From: Candidatus Latescibacterota bacterium
Lineage (GTDB): Bacteria; Latescibacterota; UBA2968; UBA8231
Assembly (NCBI GenBank): GCA_965218365.1
Contig: OZ244619.1
Span: 3,715,231 to 3,779,230, forward strand
Reading direction: 5' to 3'
Length of the DNA: 64,000 nt
The position numbers and the translations under genes were made by a program. Shown in pieces: positions 1-9,557 of this stretch; the first letter of the stretch is position 1, and every line of letters begins with the position of its first letter. The notes under the pieces were generated by a model. That model searched no databases, had not been told where the DNA came from, and worked only from the letters and a program-made list of their open reading frames with translations.

Positions 1-1042
1 AATGCTCCACGGACTGTCTGGCTGCACTGTCACGCTCCCAGAGATCCGCGTCCTCACCGGCATCGACCCGGCGATCGAAGATGTGGACAAGATCTCCATC
101 ATCGCCGAAGAAGAACGCGTACTTCTCGGACCGCACAGTGACGGTTTCGCCATCTTTGTGCACCGCCTGTCCCTCGTGCACGAGCCGCATCCCGGAGTCG
201 CGGCCTTCGATCAAACCGCGCAGAGACATGCCCTGGACATTGTACGGCATGGGGAGCTCGCAGTAGTCGAGTATGGTGGGCAGCACGTCGATCTGGCGCG
301 TGAGCTCCTGGGCGACGGAACCCGGTTGGATGAGTCCGGGACAGCGCACCAGGAGAGGGATTCGCAGGTTGGTGATCCACAGCGTGCCGTGACCGCGCTC
401 GACCCCGTGATCGTTCAAGTGCTCGCCGTGATCGGCGGTGATTGCAGCGAAGGTGTTGTCGGCACCCAGCCGCTCGTCCCAGCCGGCTATGAACCGACCG
501 ATGAGGGTATCGACAAACTCCACCTCGCCCACGTAGGTCTGCGGGAACGGGTCGGGGCAGTTGTCCGGCGTGTGGGGGTCGATGAAGTGTACCCATAGGA
601 ATTGCGGCCGACTCGCATCGACTCTGTCCAACCAGGCCTCCACCCTTTGAAGGGTTTGGTCCCCCCGGTTCTCCTCGGCTCCGGCGCCTCCTTCGCTGTG
701 GGCTTCCTCGAAGCCGAGCACATCCTGGAGCTGGAAACCTCCCCAGCTGGTGATCGCGGTGGTGGCGTATCCCTGCGCCGTCGCGATCTCGGCCAGGGTG
801 GTTCGGCGGCGCGGGGTCTGCACCCCATTCCAGTTGACGCCGTGCACCGACGGCACGCAGCCGGTGAGCAGACTGGTGTGCGAGGGCAGGGTCGTAGCCA
901 AGGAGGACAGGTGCTGCTGAAAACGAGCTCCCGAAGCAGCGAACGCATCCAGGTTCGGGGTGCGGATCTCCATCTCCTGGTAGCAGCCGAGATGGTCGGC
1001 GCGCAGCGAATCGATGGTTATGAGCAAGATGTGCTGGTTCAT
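1..1042 (-). CDS. Sulfatase/alkaline-phosphatase-superfamily hydrolase, N-terminal ~347 aa (gene continues beyond window start)
   Basis: Manual reverse-strand translation from ATG at 1042: MNQHILLITIDSLRADHLGCY...LTGCVPSVHG...ITADHGEHLNDHG. This matches the sulfatase-family N-terminus and metal-binding motifs, but the CxPSR motif is degenerate (CVPSV). The ORF-track + strand ORFs here are antisense artefacts. The start overlaps the upstream PHP gene stop (ATGA). Confidence 0.6.
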   Translation of the reverse strand, partial: MNQHILLITIDSLRADHLGCYQEMEIRTPNLDAFAASGARFQQHLSSLATTLPSHTSLLTGCVPSVHGVNWNGVQTPRRRTTLAEIATAQGYATTAITSWGGFQLQDVLGFEEAHSEGGAGAEENRGDQTLQRVEAWLDRVDASRPQFLWVHFIDPHTPDNCPDPFPQTYVGEVEFVDTLIGRFIAGWDERLGADNTFAAITADHGEHLNDHGVERGHGTLWITNLRIPLLVRCPGLIQPGSVAQELTRQIDVLPTILDYCELPMPYNVQGMSLRGLIEGRDSGMRLVHEGQAVHKDGETVTVRSEKYAFFFGDDGDLVHIFDRRVDAGEDADLWERDSAARQSVEH

Positions 1043-2232
1043 AGTAGCAATCCCTCCGGCATTTCCTGGGTTTCGTTGAGGATCCACAGCGGCTGGCAGA
1101 ACGCCCACTGGCTCAGCTCCGGCTGCTCGTCCGGCCAGCGCGACCGGTCGTTTTCGCACTCGATGCGGACGTAGCCCTCATTGCCAACAATCCGGTACCG
1201 GGCGGACAAGCCTTCGACTTCGAGAAGGGTGCTGCCCCCGTGCCCGATGAAGCGAATGCGCGCAGCGTTTTCGGTACTGACGCAGATATGGTCGCCTTCC
1301 AGCGTGAGCGACGATACCGAAACTCCGGTACTGACGCAGAAACTCCCGGTTCGCAAGGCGCGGAGCACCTCCGCCACACTGAGCGAATCAGCCCAGACAT
1401 CGGTCCATGCTATAAACGGTTCGGCGCCGCCGTCGACACCGTGGGTGTGCATGTCGTCGTTGCCATAGCCCCAACAGCTGACCCGAGCGCTGAGGATACC
1501 GTCCCACAGACGGCGAGCAAATCCCCGCGTGCCGGCGGGATCCTGCTGCTTCCCGTGTCGCATGGTGTACCCGTTGACGACCTCGATGCCGTCGAATCGG
1601 CGCAGCTCGGGGTGATCGAGGAAGAAGGCCGGATCGTCGTCCCAGGCGTGGGGATGGGGCAGGTAGACCACGCCGCCCGCCTGCTGCGTCACCTCCCGGT
1701 ATCCGTGTGTGCCGCGGAAACGAGCGATATCGCTCCCCTCGGTGCAGATGGGATACCCGTTAACCACGATGTGAGGGCCGGTGAAATGGTCCTCGAAACC
1801 GGGCAGCAAGAGCAGCTCGCCCGGTCGCTCGATCTTCCAGTTCTCCGCGACCCACGGTCGTCCCTGTTCGGCGGCCGTCCGGCTGTAATCGCGTACGTAG
1901 GCCTCCCGTCCGGCGTCTTCGGGGATGGCCTTGTGCGGCTTGTGTCCGGTGCCTATCGCGCGGGCCCGCGACATGACGACGCCGTCGAGGTTCCAGTCGT
2001 GGAAGCCGTCGCCGTCCTGGTCGCCATTGGCGTTGTGGTCGGCAATGCAAATGATCTGGTAGCCCGCGCGGGCGTAGAGATCGGCGACTTCTTGCGGAGA
2101 CAGCTTGCCGTCGCTGTGCGTACTGTGGCAATGGAGGTTGGCTTTGAATGCGGGTGCACCGGGATTATGGAAGGTTCCGACGACGAACAGCTTCGATCTG
2201 TTCGTCGTGATTTCGCGGCGTTCCAACATCAT
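1039..2232 (-). CDS. PHP-domain (polymerase/histidinol-phosphatase-like) metal-dependent phosphoesterase
   Basis: ORF-track 397 aa. N-terminal LHCHSTHSDGKLSPQEVADLYARAGY is a PHP signature. It is translationally coupled to its neighbours on both sides by 4-nt overlaps. Confidence 0.7.
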   Translation of the reverse strand: MMLERREITTNRSKLFVVGTFHNPGAPAFKANLHCHSTHSDGKLSPQEVADLYARAGYQIICIADHNANGDQDGDGFHDWNLDGVVMSRARAIGTGHKPHKAIPEDAGREAYVRDYSRTAAEQGRPWVAENWKIERPGELLLLPGFEDHFTGPHIVVNGYPICTEGSDIARFRGTHGYREVTQQAGGVVYLPHPHAWDDDPAFFLDHPELRRFDGIEVVNGYTMRHGKQQDPAGTRGFARRLWDGILSARVSCWGYGNDDMHTHGVDGGAEPFIAWTDVWADSLSVAEVLRALRTGSFCVSTGVSVSSLTLEGDHICVSTENAARIRFIGHGGSTLLEVEGLSARYRIVGNEGYVRIECENDRSRWPDEQPELSQWAFCQPLWILNETQEMPEGLLL

Positions 2233-3092
2233 CCACTCTTTCCGCTCATTACCTCTTCATGGTCAGGTGGTGGAACGAAGTAGTCTCCGGGCCGAAACTC
2301 GTGACCCAGATCTCCCAGGAGCCGCCTTTGCCTCGGCGTGCAGCGCTCGAGCAGCTCCGGTGTGGATTTTTCAAAGTCGTAGGCACGAAGACACATCTGG
2401 TTATAACAGTAGATCAGGGTCTTGCGGGCCCTGCGCGTGCGGTTGGGCGCGGCGCCGTGCCAGAGGGAGTGGGGAAAGATCACCACGTCGCCGGCTTTGA
2501 CGCAGAGCTGCACCGTGCCCGGGGTGTCGACACTGATGGCACCCTGGCCCTTGGGAAAGGGGCGCAGGTGACTTCCCGGGAAAAACACAAAATTTCCGCT
2601 GTCGGGTTTGGATACATTGGTCAGGAAGTACTGGACCTTGAGCTGCAAAGGCCAGCTGGTTTCGGTTGGTCGGATGTGGCGCATGCCGGGGCCGCCGTCG
2701 GTGTGAACAAAACCCTTGAAAACGGGACTGGGCGCGCGCACCACGACCTCGGACATGCTCAGCTGGATGTAGGGTCCCAGGAGCTCGACGACCATGTCGA
2801 AGAGCGGCGGGTAATCGATCAGTTCCACGAAGACATCGCTGTCCTCCATGACGTTTCTGTGGAGCATGGCACCGCTGGGGTGGGCCTCTTCGCGCCTGAG
2901 ATGTGCGCGGTAGAGTTGATCTACGGCACGGGTGAAGTGTTTCACTTCGGGAGGTGAGAGGACGCCCAGCACGTGCAAAAAGCCGTCGATGGCCCATTGG
3001 CGCTTCTGCTCGGCACTCAGTTTTAGTTTACGCTTGCGAGGCGACATTGCATACGCTCCTCGGGTGCAGCGAATTGCGTCGCTTTTGGACAC
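2229..3092 (-). CDS. Phytanoyl-CoA dioxygenase (PhyH)-family Fe(II)/2-oxoglutarate oxygenase
   Basis: 287-aa ORF with an HTDGG...H (HxD...H) facial triad and overall PhyH-like layout. The true start may be the internal MSPRKRK (about 3047). Its stop overlaps the PHP gene start. Confidence 0.65.
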   Translation of the reverse strand: MSKSDAIRCTRGAYAMSPRKRKLKLSAEQKRQWAIDGFLHVLGVLSPPEVKHFTRAVDQLYRAHLRREEAHPSGAMLHRNVMEDSDVFVELIDYPPLFDMVVELLGPYIQLSMSEVVVRAPSPVFKGFVHTDGGPGMRHIRPTETSWPLQLKVQYFLTNVSKPDSGNFVFFPGSHLRPFPKGQGAISVDTPGTVQLCVKAGDVVIFPHSLWHGAAPNRTRRARKTLIYCYNQMCLRAYDFEKSTPELLERCTPRQRRLLGDLGHEFRPGDYFVPPPDHEEVMSGKSG

Positions 3093-3292
3093 TCTTCACT
3101 GGCGATCGGCGAGTTCTCCGGATCGCGATTTGACGAAATCTGCCCCAAACATACACAAATCCGGCGTAGGCCGAAAACAAGGCCTCCGGCACTGGTTGGA
3201 AGTAGTCGACGAATGCCAAGTCAAGTTCAGGATGGCCGAAGTGGACATTCGGGTCGACGAACACGGGACCCTCAGGAGTACTGAGGATGTTA

Positions 3293-3554
3293 GGGTCCCG
3301 CCTCAACCCCAGTTCGAATTCCCAGCCTGCCTCCTCCGCGATGGGCACCGGTGAGCCCTACGGAGGAATGCGTCCTGAATGGTCTCAGCGAGGACCGGGT
3401 TGGACCCGATACGGGCTCACAGGCAACCCAACCCTACTGCGAGCCCTGTCAAACGGCCTGCCAACGATCCTCAGCGAGCTTCCCCTGCCCCTTGCGTGTG
3501 TGTTCGGCGCCTTGACAAGAGGGCCGAAAAGGGGCCTCATTTTTCCTATACTTG
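3293..3554 (+). mobile_element. IS91/ISCR-family element remnant, copy 1 (last ~10 codons of tnp plus ~230-bp conserved 3' end)
   Basis: Begins with ..PPQPQFEF-like codons and ends ...ggggcctcatttttcctatactt. It is about 90% identical to the 12 other copies. Confidence 0.8.
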
Positions 3555-3630
3555 ATCTTCATTGCTTTCCTTTGTCCCTAAGCCGGGGGCACGGACGTGT
3601 TAAATGAAGTTTGCCCAAAATGCTGGTAGT

Positions 3631-4380
3631 TCACGATGCCGCTTTGCGCGCAAGAGCAATCAGCCGCTTTGAGCTACGCCCATACGGACTGCCTTCCAAA
3701 TCCCCATATAGTTGCGTATTACTAAACCCAACTTGCAAGAGGCGATCCTTCAGTTCCTGGCCCGAGTACAGCGTGTGGTGAAACTTGAACGATTTTACCT
3801 GCTCATCCCGGATCAGGAGCCACTCGTTGCGAATCCTCGTCCAATCATCGAAGATCTCGCGACGTTGAACGAGCAATGTCCCGTCGGGACGCACCTCCGA
3901 GGAGGTCGCGGCGAATACTTTGGCCAACCACTCTTTACCTATTATATCCATTACGAGGGCTCCCCCAGGTTTGAGACTCTCGTAAATATTGCTGAGCACT
4001 AGCAGGTCCTCGTCCTTGTCATCGAAATAGCCGAAGGACGTAAACATGTTGAGCACCAAGTCGTACGAGGAGGGCCGCACAAAACGACGCATGTCTTCCT
4101 GCACAAACTCAACGTCTAATTTCCGCTCGTTTGCTCGCGTCCTAGCTTTTTGCAGTAGAAACGCTGTAGCATCAACGCCCGTTACGGAAAATCCTCGCTC
4201 GGCCAAGACCGTGGCATGTCGGCCGGGGCCGCAGCACAGGTCGAGGATATTTGTCCCGCTGAACTCCACCAGCGAAAGAATTTTGTCGACTTGATCTTCC
4301 GCAGATTCAAATCTCTCCTTTGGGAACATATAGGGATACATTTCCGTCCAGAAGTCTTCGTTTTCAAACCATTCGGACAT
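3631..4380 (-). CDS. Class I SAM-dependent methyltransferase
   Basis: 249 aa with motif I ILDLCCGPGRHATVLAERGFSVTGVD. Local GC is lower than the chromosomal background. Confidence 0.7.
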   Translation of the reverse strand: MSEWFENEDFWTEMYPYMFPKERFESAEDQVDKILSLVEFSGTNILDLCCGPGRHATVLAERGFSVTGVDATAFLLQKARTRANERKLDVEFVQEDMRRFVRPSSYDLVLNMFTSFGYFDDKDEDLLVLSNIYESLKPGGALVMDIIGKEWLAKVFAATSSEVRPDGTLLVQRREIFDDWTRIRNEWLLIRDEQVKSFKFHHTLYSGQELKDRLLQVGFSNTQLYGDLEGSPYGRSSKRLIALARKAAS

Positions 4381-4733
4381 AGAACCTCCAGCGTCATGTT
4401 TAGAGGAATGTCAGGACTCAATAGGTAAATTTCACTTAACGGCTTGTACCCGAATGGGTTCGGATAATCGCCCTTATTTGAAACTCATAGAAGGACAAAA
4501 ACTGGGCCAAATCAACCCATTTATTCCTCACCCTGCCAATAGTCGTCGATTCCGCCTTCTGACACGCGAGTCCACCTTGTAAGACCCTCTTTGTTTGCAT
4601 GGAAAGATGGGTGAACGAAAACCTTGTCGCTATCAGGATAGTAGCAGGTGTCAAAGTCAGGATGCTTCTTCGGCGAGTTGCCATTTCAGGGTACTGAGCC
4701 TACGAACATATTCGGAACTTAGTCTGAGGAAAT

Positions 4734-4975
4734 CCGCCTGACCTCCTCCGCGATGGGCACCGGTGAGCCCTACGGAGGAATGCGTCCTGAATGGTCTCAG
4801 CGAGGACCGGGTTTTGGACCCGATACGGGCTCACAGGCAACCCAACCCTACTGCGAGTCCTGTCAAACGACCTGCAAACGATCCTCAGCGAGCTTCCCCT
4901 GCCCCTTGCGTGGGTTCGGCGCCTTGACAAGAGGGCCGAAAAGGGGCCTCATTTTTCCTATACTTTGCCGCCGGG
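4734..4975 (+). mobile_element. IS91/ISCR-family element remnant, copy 2 (non-coding 3' end only)
   Basis: Shares ccgcctgacctcctccgcgatgggcaccggtgagccc...tcctatactt with the other copies. It carries one small internal indel (gggttttgg). Confidence 0.8.
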
Positions 4976-5386
4976 TTCCTGGGATCCTACGCGTTTCTGT
5001 CCCTCGGCATCGTTACCGCCGTGGAGGGCGCCAGGTACACGGCCGCGCGCCTGAGGGGTCTGGTGACGGCCGCTTCGTTTGTGTCGTGCGTGATCGTATA
5101 TCTGACGACGGCAGGATATTTCGTGTACGGCCTGCTGGGGAGTCTTCCAACCGGACCGGCATTGATGGCATACACGGTTCTTTCCGGCCTGGTCTTTCTG
5201 CTGATCGAACTTTTCCTGTTTGAAAAGTTCGTGGAAATTTGGCTGCTGTTCGCGGCGGACTTCGAAGATCCGGCGCGCCGGTCGATAGATAGTCAATACG
5301 AAAGGACGAACCCATGCCGGATACGAATGGGTCATCAGGGAAGTTACAACGGCCGAAGAGACGTTACCCGGACACGGTGCTGGTGA
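4976..5386 (+). pseudogene. Membrane-protein C-terminal fragment, N-terminally cut by element copy 2
   Basis: The hydrophobic open frame (..YLTTAGYFVYGLLGSL..LVFLLIELFLF..) starts immediately after the element end with no start codon or RBS. It overlaps the next gene by about 70 nt. Confidence 0.3.
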
Positions 5387-8300
5387 ACCGCGGCAAACCC
5401 GCGTCGGCCATCGTCTGCCCTGACGATGCGCCCTACCGGGAACTGGCTTCGGAATTGGGAGCAGCGATCCGTGACCTTACCGGCGCGGATGTCCCCCTGG
5501 TGTCGGACGCGGACGCGAAAACGCCGCCCGACCTGCATCTCATTCTGCTCGGGAACGTGAATTCGAACCGCGTCGTCTTCCGTCTCTACGGATACAATTA
5601 TAGCGCTGCGGACGACCTGTATCCGGGGCGCGGCGGGCATCTCGTTCAGACGATTCACGACCCATGGGGGAATGGAATGAACGCGGTGGGGCTGCTGGGA
5701 AGCGACCTGGAAGGCGTCCGCGCGGCGGTCGGCCTGTTCCTGGGGAAATTTGCGAAAGATGAGAAGCTTTCGACCGGTCCTCTCTTCGAGGTGCGGTTCG
5801 GGCCGGACGCGTTGAAGATTCCGAAGCTTGAACATGAGCCGGATGTGGATTTGGAGATGGAGGCCGCGGAGGAGGCGTTGCGCCATGGTGAACATACGGG
5901 CCTCTGGGGCAGGATCGGAGAACAGGGGCTGTTATACGGGCTCACGGGAAATGACGACTACGCCGAGCTATATAAGCGCCTCGTGTATCGGATGTACCGG
6001 CACGCGATGTCCGATCCGGACAACTACGGCGGCATCTGGGGATTCGACGCGGATTTCGCGCTGTACAAGGTGATGCCGGGGTGGGACCTCGTAGAGGAAA
6101 GCCCGGTGATCTCCGACGACGACCGGCTGCGGATTACACGGATCCTGTTCGAGTTCATCAGCGACTGCGTGTCACACGTGGGCAATATGAAGATTCCACA
6201 CGTGAGGCACAACCACACTACGTTTGCCGCATTGGGGCTGCACTATGCCGGCATATATTTCCGGAAGTATTACGGAATGCCGGAAGCGGACGCCTGGCTG
6301 GAGCTGTCCGACGCGTGTTTCCGGTTTCAGGCCAAGGCGTTCAAACCCCACGAAGATTGCAGCGGATACCAGTGGCTGACCCATTACCATCTGACCAGGT
6401 ATTCGCTCTCCAGCGGAGACATGACGTTCTTCGAGAACGGGTGCGCCCGGAAAGCGGCGGACTACGCCATCCTGACAACGGACAATCTGGGATATGCGCT
6501 TCCCTATGGAGACAATGCCTCGCCTTTCGGATGGTGGAGCGAACTGCCCTATCTGCGGGCCGCCGTTTTTGTGCTGCGGGACGGGCGATACCAGTGGATG
6601 CTCGACAGAAAGACGGCCGTCGAGCCGCAATTCGCGGCTTACGAATACCACAGGCGGGTAACCCCTGTCGAGCCGGCGAATCTGGACGGCACACAGGTGT
6701 TCCCGGTGGATCCGCTGTATTACGCGTCGAATCAGGGGAAAGACCATCTGCCATTGAAGAAAACCTTCGACAAGGTGGTGTTCCGGGACGGATACGACCC
6801 GATGTCGCAGTATCTGTTTCTGGACGGGCTCTCAAACGGAGGTCACAAACATTACGACGGGAATTCGATATCCCGCATTACGCAGCGGCGGCGGATCTGG
6901 CTGGCCGACTGCGACTACATCAAGTCGTTGCCCAAGTTTCACAACGGCGTGCTGATTTTCAGGAACGGACAGTCCGCCGAGATCCCGCCGTTCGTGGAGC
7001 TCGAGCGTGCCGCGAACTTCGACAGGTCGGGCTTTTCGGAGACCACGCTGCGCAACTACAGCGGGGTGGACTGGCACCGGAACATTCTCTGGAACCGGGG
7101 CCGTTACTTTCTGGTAATCGATGAGATGGAAGCCCTGTCGGACGACGATTTCGGTTTCAGAGCGATCTGGCAGACGCTGGGCAACGTGGCATTGCGCGGC
7201 GGCGGCCTGACGGTGGAGCAGGACGGCGAGCGGTTCTTTATCCAGGGGTTGAAGGGACCGTCGCTGAAGCTGGAGGACGACGAGGAAACCGGCAGGAACT
7301 GGACTGAATATCCGTACGCGGAACCGGTGGTACGGATCCTTCAGCAGATCGTAGACGTGCGTTTGAAGACTCGTGAGACCTATCGGTTCTTCAACCTTCT
7401 CTATTGTGGCGGTGAGCCAACCACACGGAGTTTGAAGTTGACCCGGCTGACAGATGGGGCTGTCCGGGTGGACGGCGGCGAGGAGGTCGTCTACGCCGGC
7501 GTGGGGGAACCGGATGTTCCGGTCGAGATTACCGGCGGTCCCGCCGTTGCCGCGGCGCAGTTTATGGTCTCTCCGTCCCGGATCGCGGTTGTGGATGGCA
7601 CGCGGGTTGCATGGGGCGGCGTGCGGTTGAGTTCGGAACAGTCGGTGTCTATAGAGTATGATCTGGTTCGGCGTGAGGGTCGGGCAACCGTCCGGCAGGG
7701 CACGAGGTTGTGCCTGTGGTCGGATGGTCGACCGGGCGTCACGGTCAACGGTAAGGCCGTGGATGTGTCCGTTTCTGACGACATGGTGTCTTTTGCATTG
7801 CCCATGGGCGACCATCGATTTCGCGTGGTGCCGGACGCCGTGATGTCTCTGCGCAGGGCCGCCACCGCTACCGTGCGCCCGGATGTGCCGCAACCCGCAT
7901 TGAACCGACCGGGCCGGGGCCGCGCGGGCCGGTTGAAGGCGCTGTGGACTTTTCGTGAGGAGGGTCCGTTTCTCTCGTTGCACGCGGCAGACCTGATGCG
8001 GGACGGATCGGATGTCCTCGTGGCGGCCGGCCGGGGCGCGTCGGTCTGTGCGCTGCGGGACGGTGCGGCGCTCTGGCGTTTCCGTACGGGAGGCGAGGTG
8101 AGATCCGTTTGGGCCGCGGATCTGGCGGGGGACGGCACGACACGGGTGATTGCGGGTTCCGCCGATACGAAGGTCTACGTGCTCAGCGCAAGGGGAAGGG
8201 TGAAGTGGGACTATGAAATCCCCCTGTACTACCGAAAGCCAATGCTGAAAACCGTATTTGCCGGCGATATCAACGGGGACGGCAAACTGGAGGTGATCGC

Positions 8301-9012
8301 GGGAGCCGAGTCCTGGCGCTACTATGCGTTCACCCACGACGGAAAGCTGCTGTGGTATCAGATGACCGTGCACTCATCCACCCACGGCTGCGCGGCGGAT
8401 ATCGATGGAGACGGCAGGGACGAGGTGATTGCCGGCACGGAATACCACCGCTGGCACTGTATTGACGGCAGCGGAGCGATCCGATGGTCCTACCATCCCA
8501 GGACCGGCCCGCGGACCAATGCCACCGCGGCGGGCGATCTGGATGGGGACGGCATGAAGGAAGTGGTCTTCGCGGGGGCGGATACACATATTCACACTCT
8601 TGGCGCAGACGGCAGGCTCCTCTGGCAGTTCAATACGGGGGACGAGGTGACGCAGGTCGTAACCACCGATATGGATGGCGACGGGCTGGATGAGGTGGTG
8701 GCGTCTTCGATGAGTTTCAACGTGTATGTGATAAAGGGCGACGGGCGGACCGTTGTATGGCGAGCGGACCTCGGGGAGGTTGTGCGGTGTATTTCGGTGG
8801 GTGATTTCGACGGCGACGGCAGGCCCGAGGTCGCCGCGGGGACCGAGGACGGCGTCGTGCATCTGCTTGCCAACGGTGATGGACGGACGCTGGCGCGTTT
8901 CAGGACCGGCGGCGCATTGTTGACAATGGCGGCGGCAGACGTGGACGGCGACCGTATTCCGGAGATTGCGGCGGCATCCGAAGACGGGGTTCTGTACGTG
9001 CTGAAGCGGTAG
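5314..9012 (+). CDS. Large (1232 aa) secreted-type protein: central polysaccharide-lyase/heparinase II/III-like region (tentative) plus C-terminal FG-GAP-repeat beta-propeller
   Basis: The C-terminal third carries at least 7 repeats of the xxDxDGDGxxExxxG type (AGDINGDGKLEVIAGAES, AADIDGDGRDEVIAGTEY, VGDFDGDGRPEVAAGTEDG ...), which matches FG-GAP. The middle region (NHTTFAALGLHYAGIYF...) only loosely resembles alginate lyase/heparinase. A good RBS (aaagga) precedes the ATG. Confidence 0.6.
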   Translation: MPDTNGSSGKLQRPKRRYPDTVLVNRGKPASAIVCPDDAPYRELASELGAAIRDLTGADVPLVSDADAKTPPDLHLILLGNVNSNRVVFRLYGYNYSAADDLYPGRGGHLVQTIHDPWGNGMNAVGLLGSDLEGVRAAVGLFLGKFAKDEKLSTGPLFEVRFGPDALKIPKLEHEPDVDLEMEAAEEALRHGEHTGLWGRIGEQGLLYGLTGNDDYAELYKRLVYRMYRHAMSDPDNYGGIWGFDADFALYKVMPGWDLVEESPVISDDDRLRITRILFEFISDCVSHVGNMKIPHVRHNHTTFAALGLHYAGIYFRKYYGMPEADAWLELSDACFRFQAKAFKPHEDCSGYQWLTHYHLTRYSLSSGDMTFFENGCARKAADYAILTTDNLGYALPYGDNASPFGWWSELPYLRAAVFVLRDGRYQWMLDRKTAVEPQFAAYEYHRRVTPVEPANLDGTQVFPVDPLYYASNQGKDHLPLKKTFDKVVFRDGYDPMSQYLFLDGLSNGGHKHYDGNSISRITQRRRIWLADCDYIKSLPKFHNGVLIFRNGQSAEIPPFVELERAANFDRSGFSETTLRNYSGVDWHRNILWNRGRYFLVIDEMEALSDDDFGFRAIWQTLGNVALRGGGLTVEQDGERFFIQGLKGPSLKLEDDEETGRNWTEYPYAEPVVRILQQIVDVRLKTRETYRFFNLLYCGGEPTTRSLKLTRLTDGAVRVDGGEEVVYAGVGEPDVPVEITGGPAVAAAQFMVSPSRIAVVDGTRVAWGGVRLSSEQSVSIEYDLVRREGRATVRQGTRLCLWSDGRPGVTVNGKAVDVSVSDDMVSFALPMGDHRFRVVPDAVMSLRRAATATVRPDVPQPALNRPGRGRAGRLKALWTFREEGPFLSLHAADLMRDGSDVLVAAGRGASVCALRDGAALWRFRTGGEVRSVWAADLAGDGTTRVIAGSADTKVYVLSARGRVKWDYEIPLYYRKPMLKTVFAGDINGDGKLEVIAGAESWRYYAFTHDGKLLWYQMTVHSSTHGCAADIDGDGRDEVIAGTEYHRWHCIDGSGAIRWSYHPRTGPRTNATAAGDLDGDGMKEVVFAGADTHIHTLGADGRLLWQFNTGDEVTQVVTTDMDGDGLDEVVASSMSFNVYVIKGDGRTVVWRADLGEVVRCISVGDFDGDGRPEVAAGTEDGVVHLLANGDGRTLARFRTGGALLTMAAADVDGDRIPEIAAASEDGVLYVLKR

Positions 9013-9079
9013 GCGGACGCCGCCGGTGTGGGTACCGGCGTGAACGGCGTCCTGCAGGATACGCGATATCGGAACCCGT

Positions 9080-9543
9080 CTAAAGATTCAGTTCGTGCGC
9101 GATGCCGGCCATTGCATCCCGCACGAATGCGATGTGTTCGTCCAGGTCCACTCCGAGTTCCGATGCCCCCGTGTGGATGTCGTCCCGGCTGGCGGCCTGC
9201 GCGAATCCTTTCTGTTTTATCTTCCTGCGCACGGACGAGGTCTTCAGGTCCGCCAGTTTCCTGGAAGGCTGCATCAGCGTAACGGCCACGATGAACCCGG
9301 TGAGTTCATCCACGGCGAACAGGGCTCTGTCCAGCAGGCTGTCCCTGGGCACGCCCAGGTAGGTGGCGTGAGATTTGATGGCGTGGACAATTTCCGCGGG
9401 ATATCCTTTTCCGTAAGGATGCGGACCCCGACCATCGGGTGCTCTTCGGGACTGGGGTGTTTTTCGTAATCGAAATCGTGCAGCAGCCCGGTGATGCCCC
9501 ACAGATCCTCGTCCTGCCCGAATTTGCGGGCGTAGGCCCGCAT
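9080..9543 (-). pseudogene. HD-domain phosphohydrolase; frameshifted and N-terminally truncated by element copy 3
   Basis: Two overlapping minus frames join as ..[44 protein letters not shown] / [18 protein letters not shown]..., which is an HD/HDIG signature. The frame change is near 9415. The expected N-terminus lies where the IS remnant at 9558 and beyond now sits. Confidence 0.5.
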
Positions 9544-9557
9544 CGCCGCTTCGACAG

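Noticed and set aside
2-598. ORF-track + strand ORF (198 aa) and Arg/Pro-rich minus ORFs at the window start
   Set aside because: Reverse-strand translation in the remaining frame gives a clean sulfatase/alkaline-phosphatase-like sequence (DSLRADHLGCY..., ADHGEHLNDHG). The listed ORFs are antisense or off-frame products of a high-GC coding region.
3287-3607. Recurrent ~70-106-aa ORFs inside every element tail (MGTGEPYGGMRPEWSQRGPGW..., MSPYGEMRPEW...)
   Set aside because: Copies differ by indels and codon-position-independent substitutions, so the frame is not conserved between subfamilies. The tail is treated as non-coding DNA or RNA.
4921-4975. TTGACA ... TATACT outward-facing hexamers at the element 3' end
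   Set aside because: The spacer is ~29 nt, far from the 17+/-1 needed for a sigma70 promoter. There is no support for an outward promoter from sequence alone.
6832-8373. 513-aa minus-strand ORF inside the 1232-aa FG-GAP protein gene
   Set aside because: It is antisense to a gene with clear repeat-domain signatures. It has R/P/H-rich low-complexity composition.
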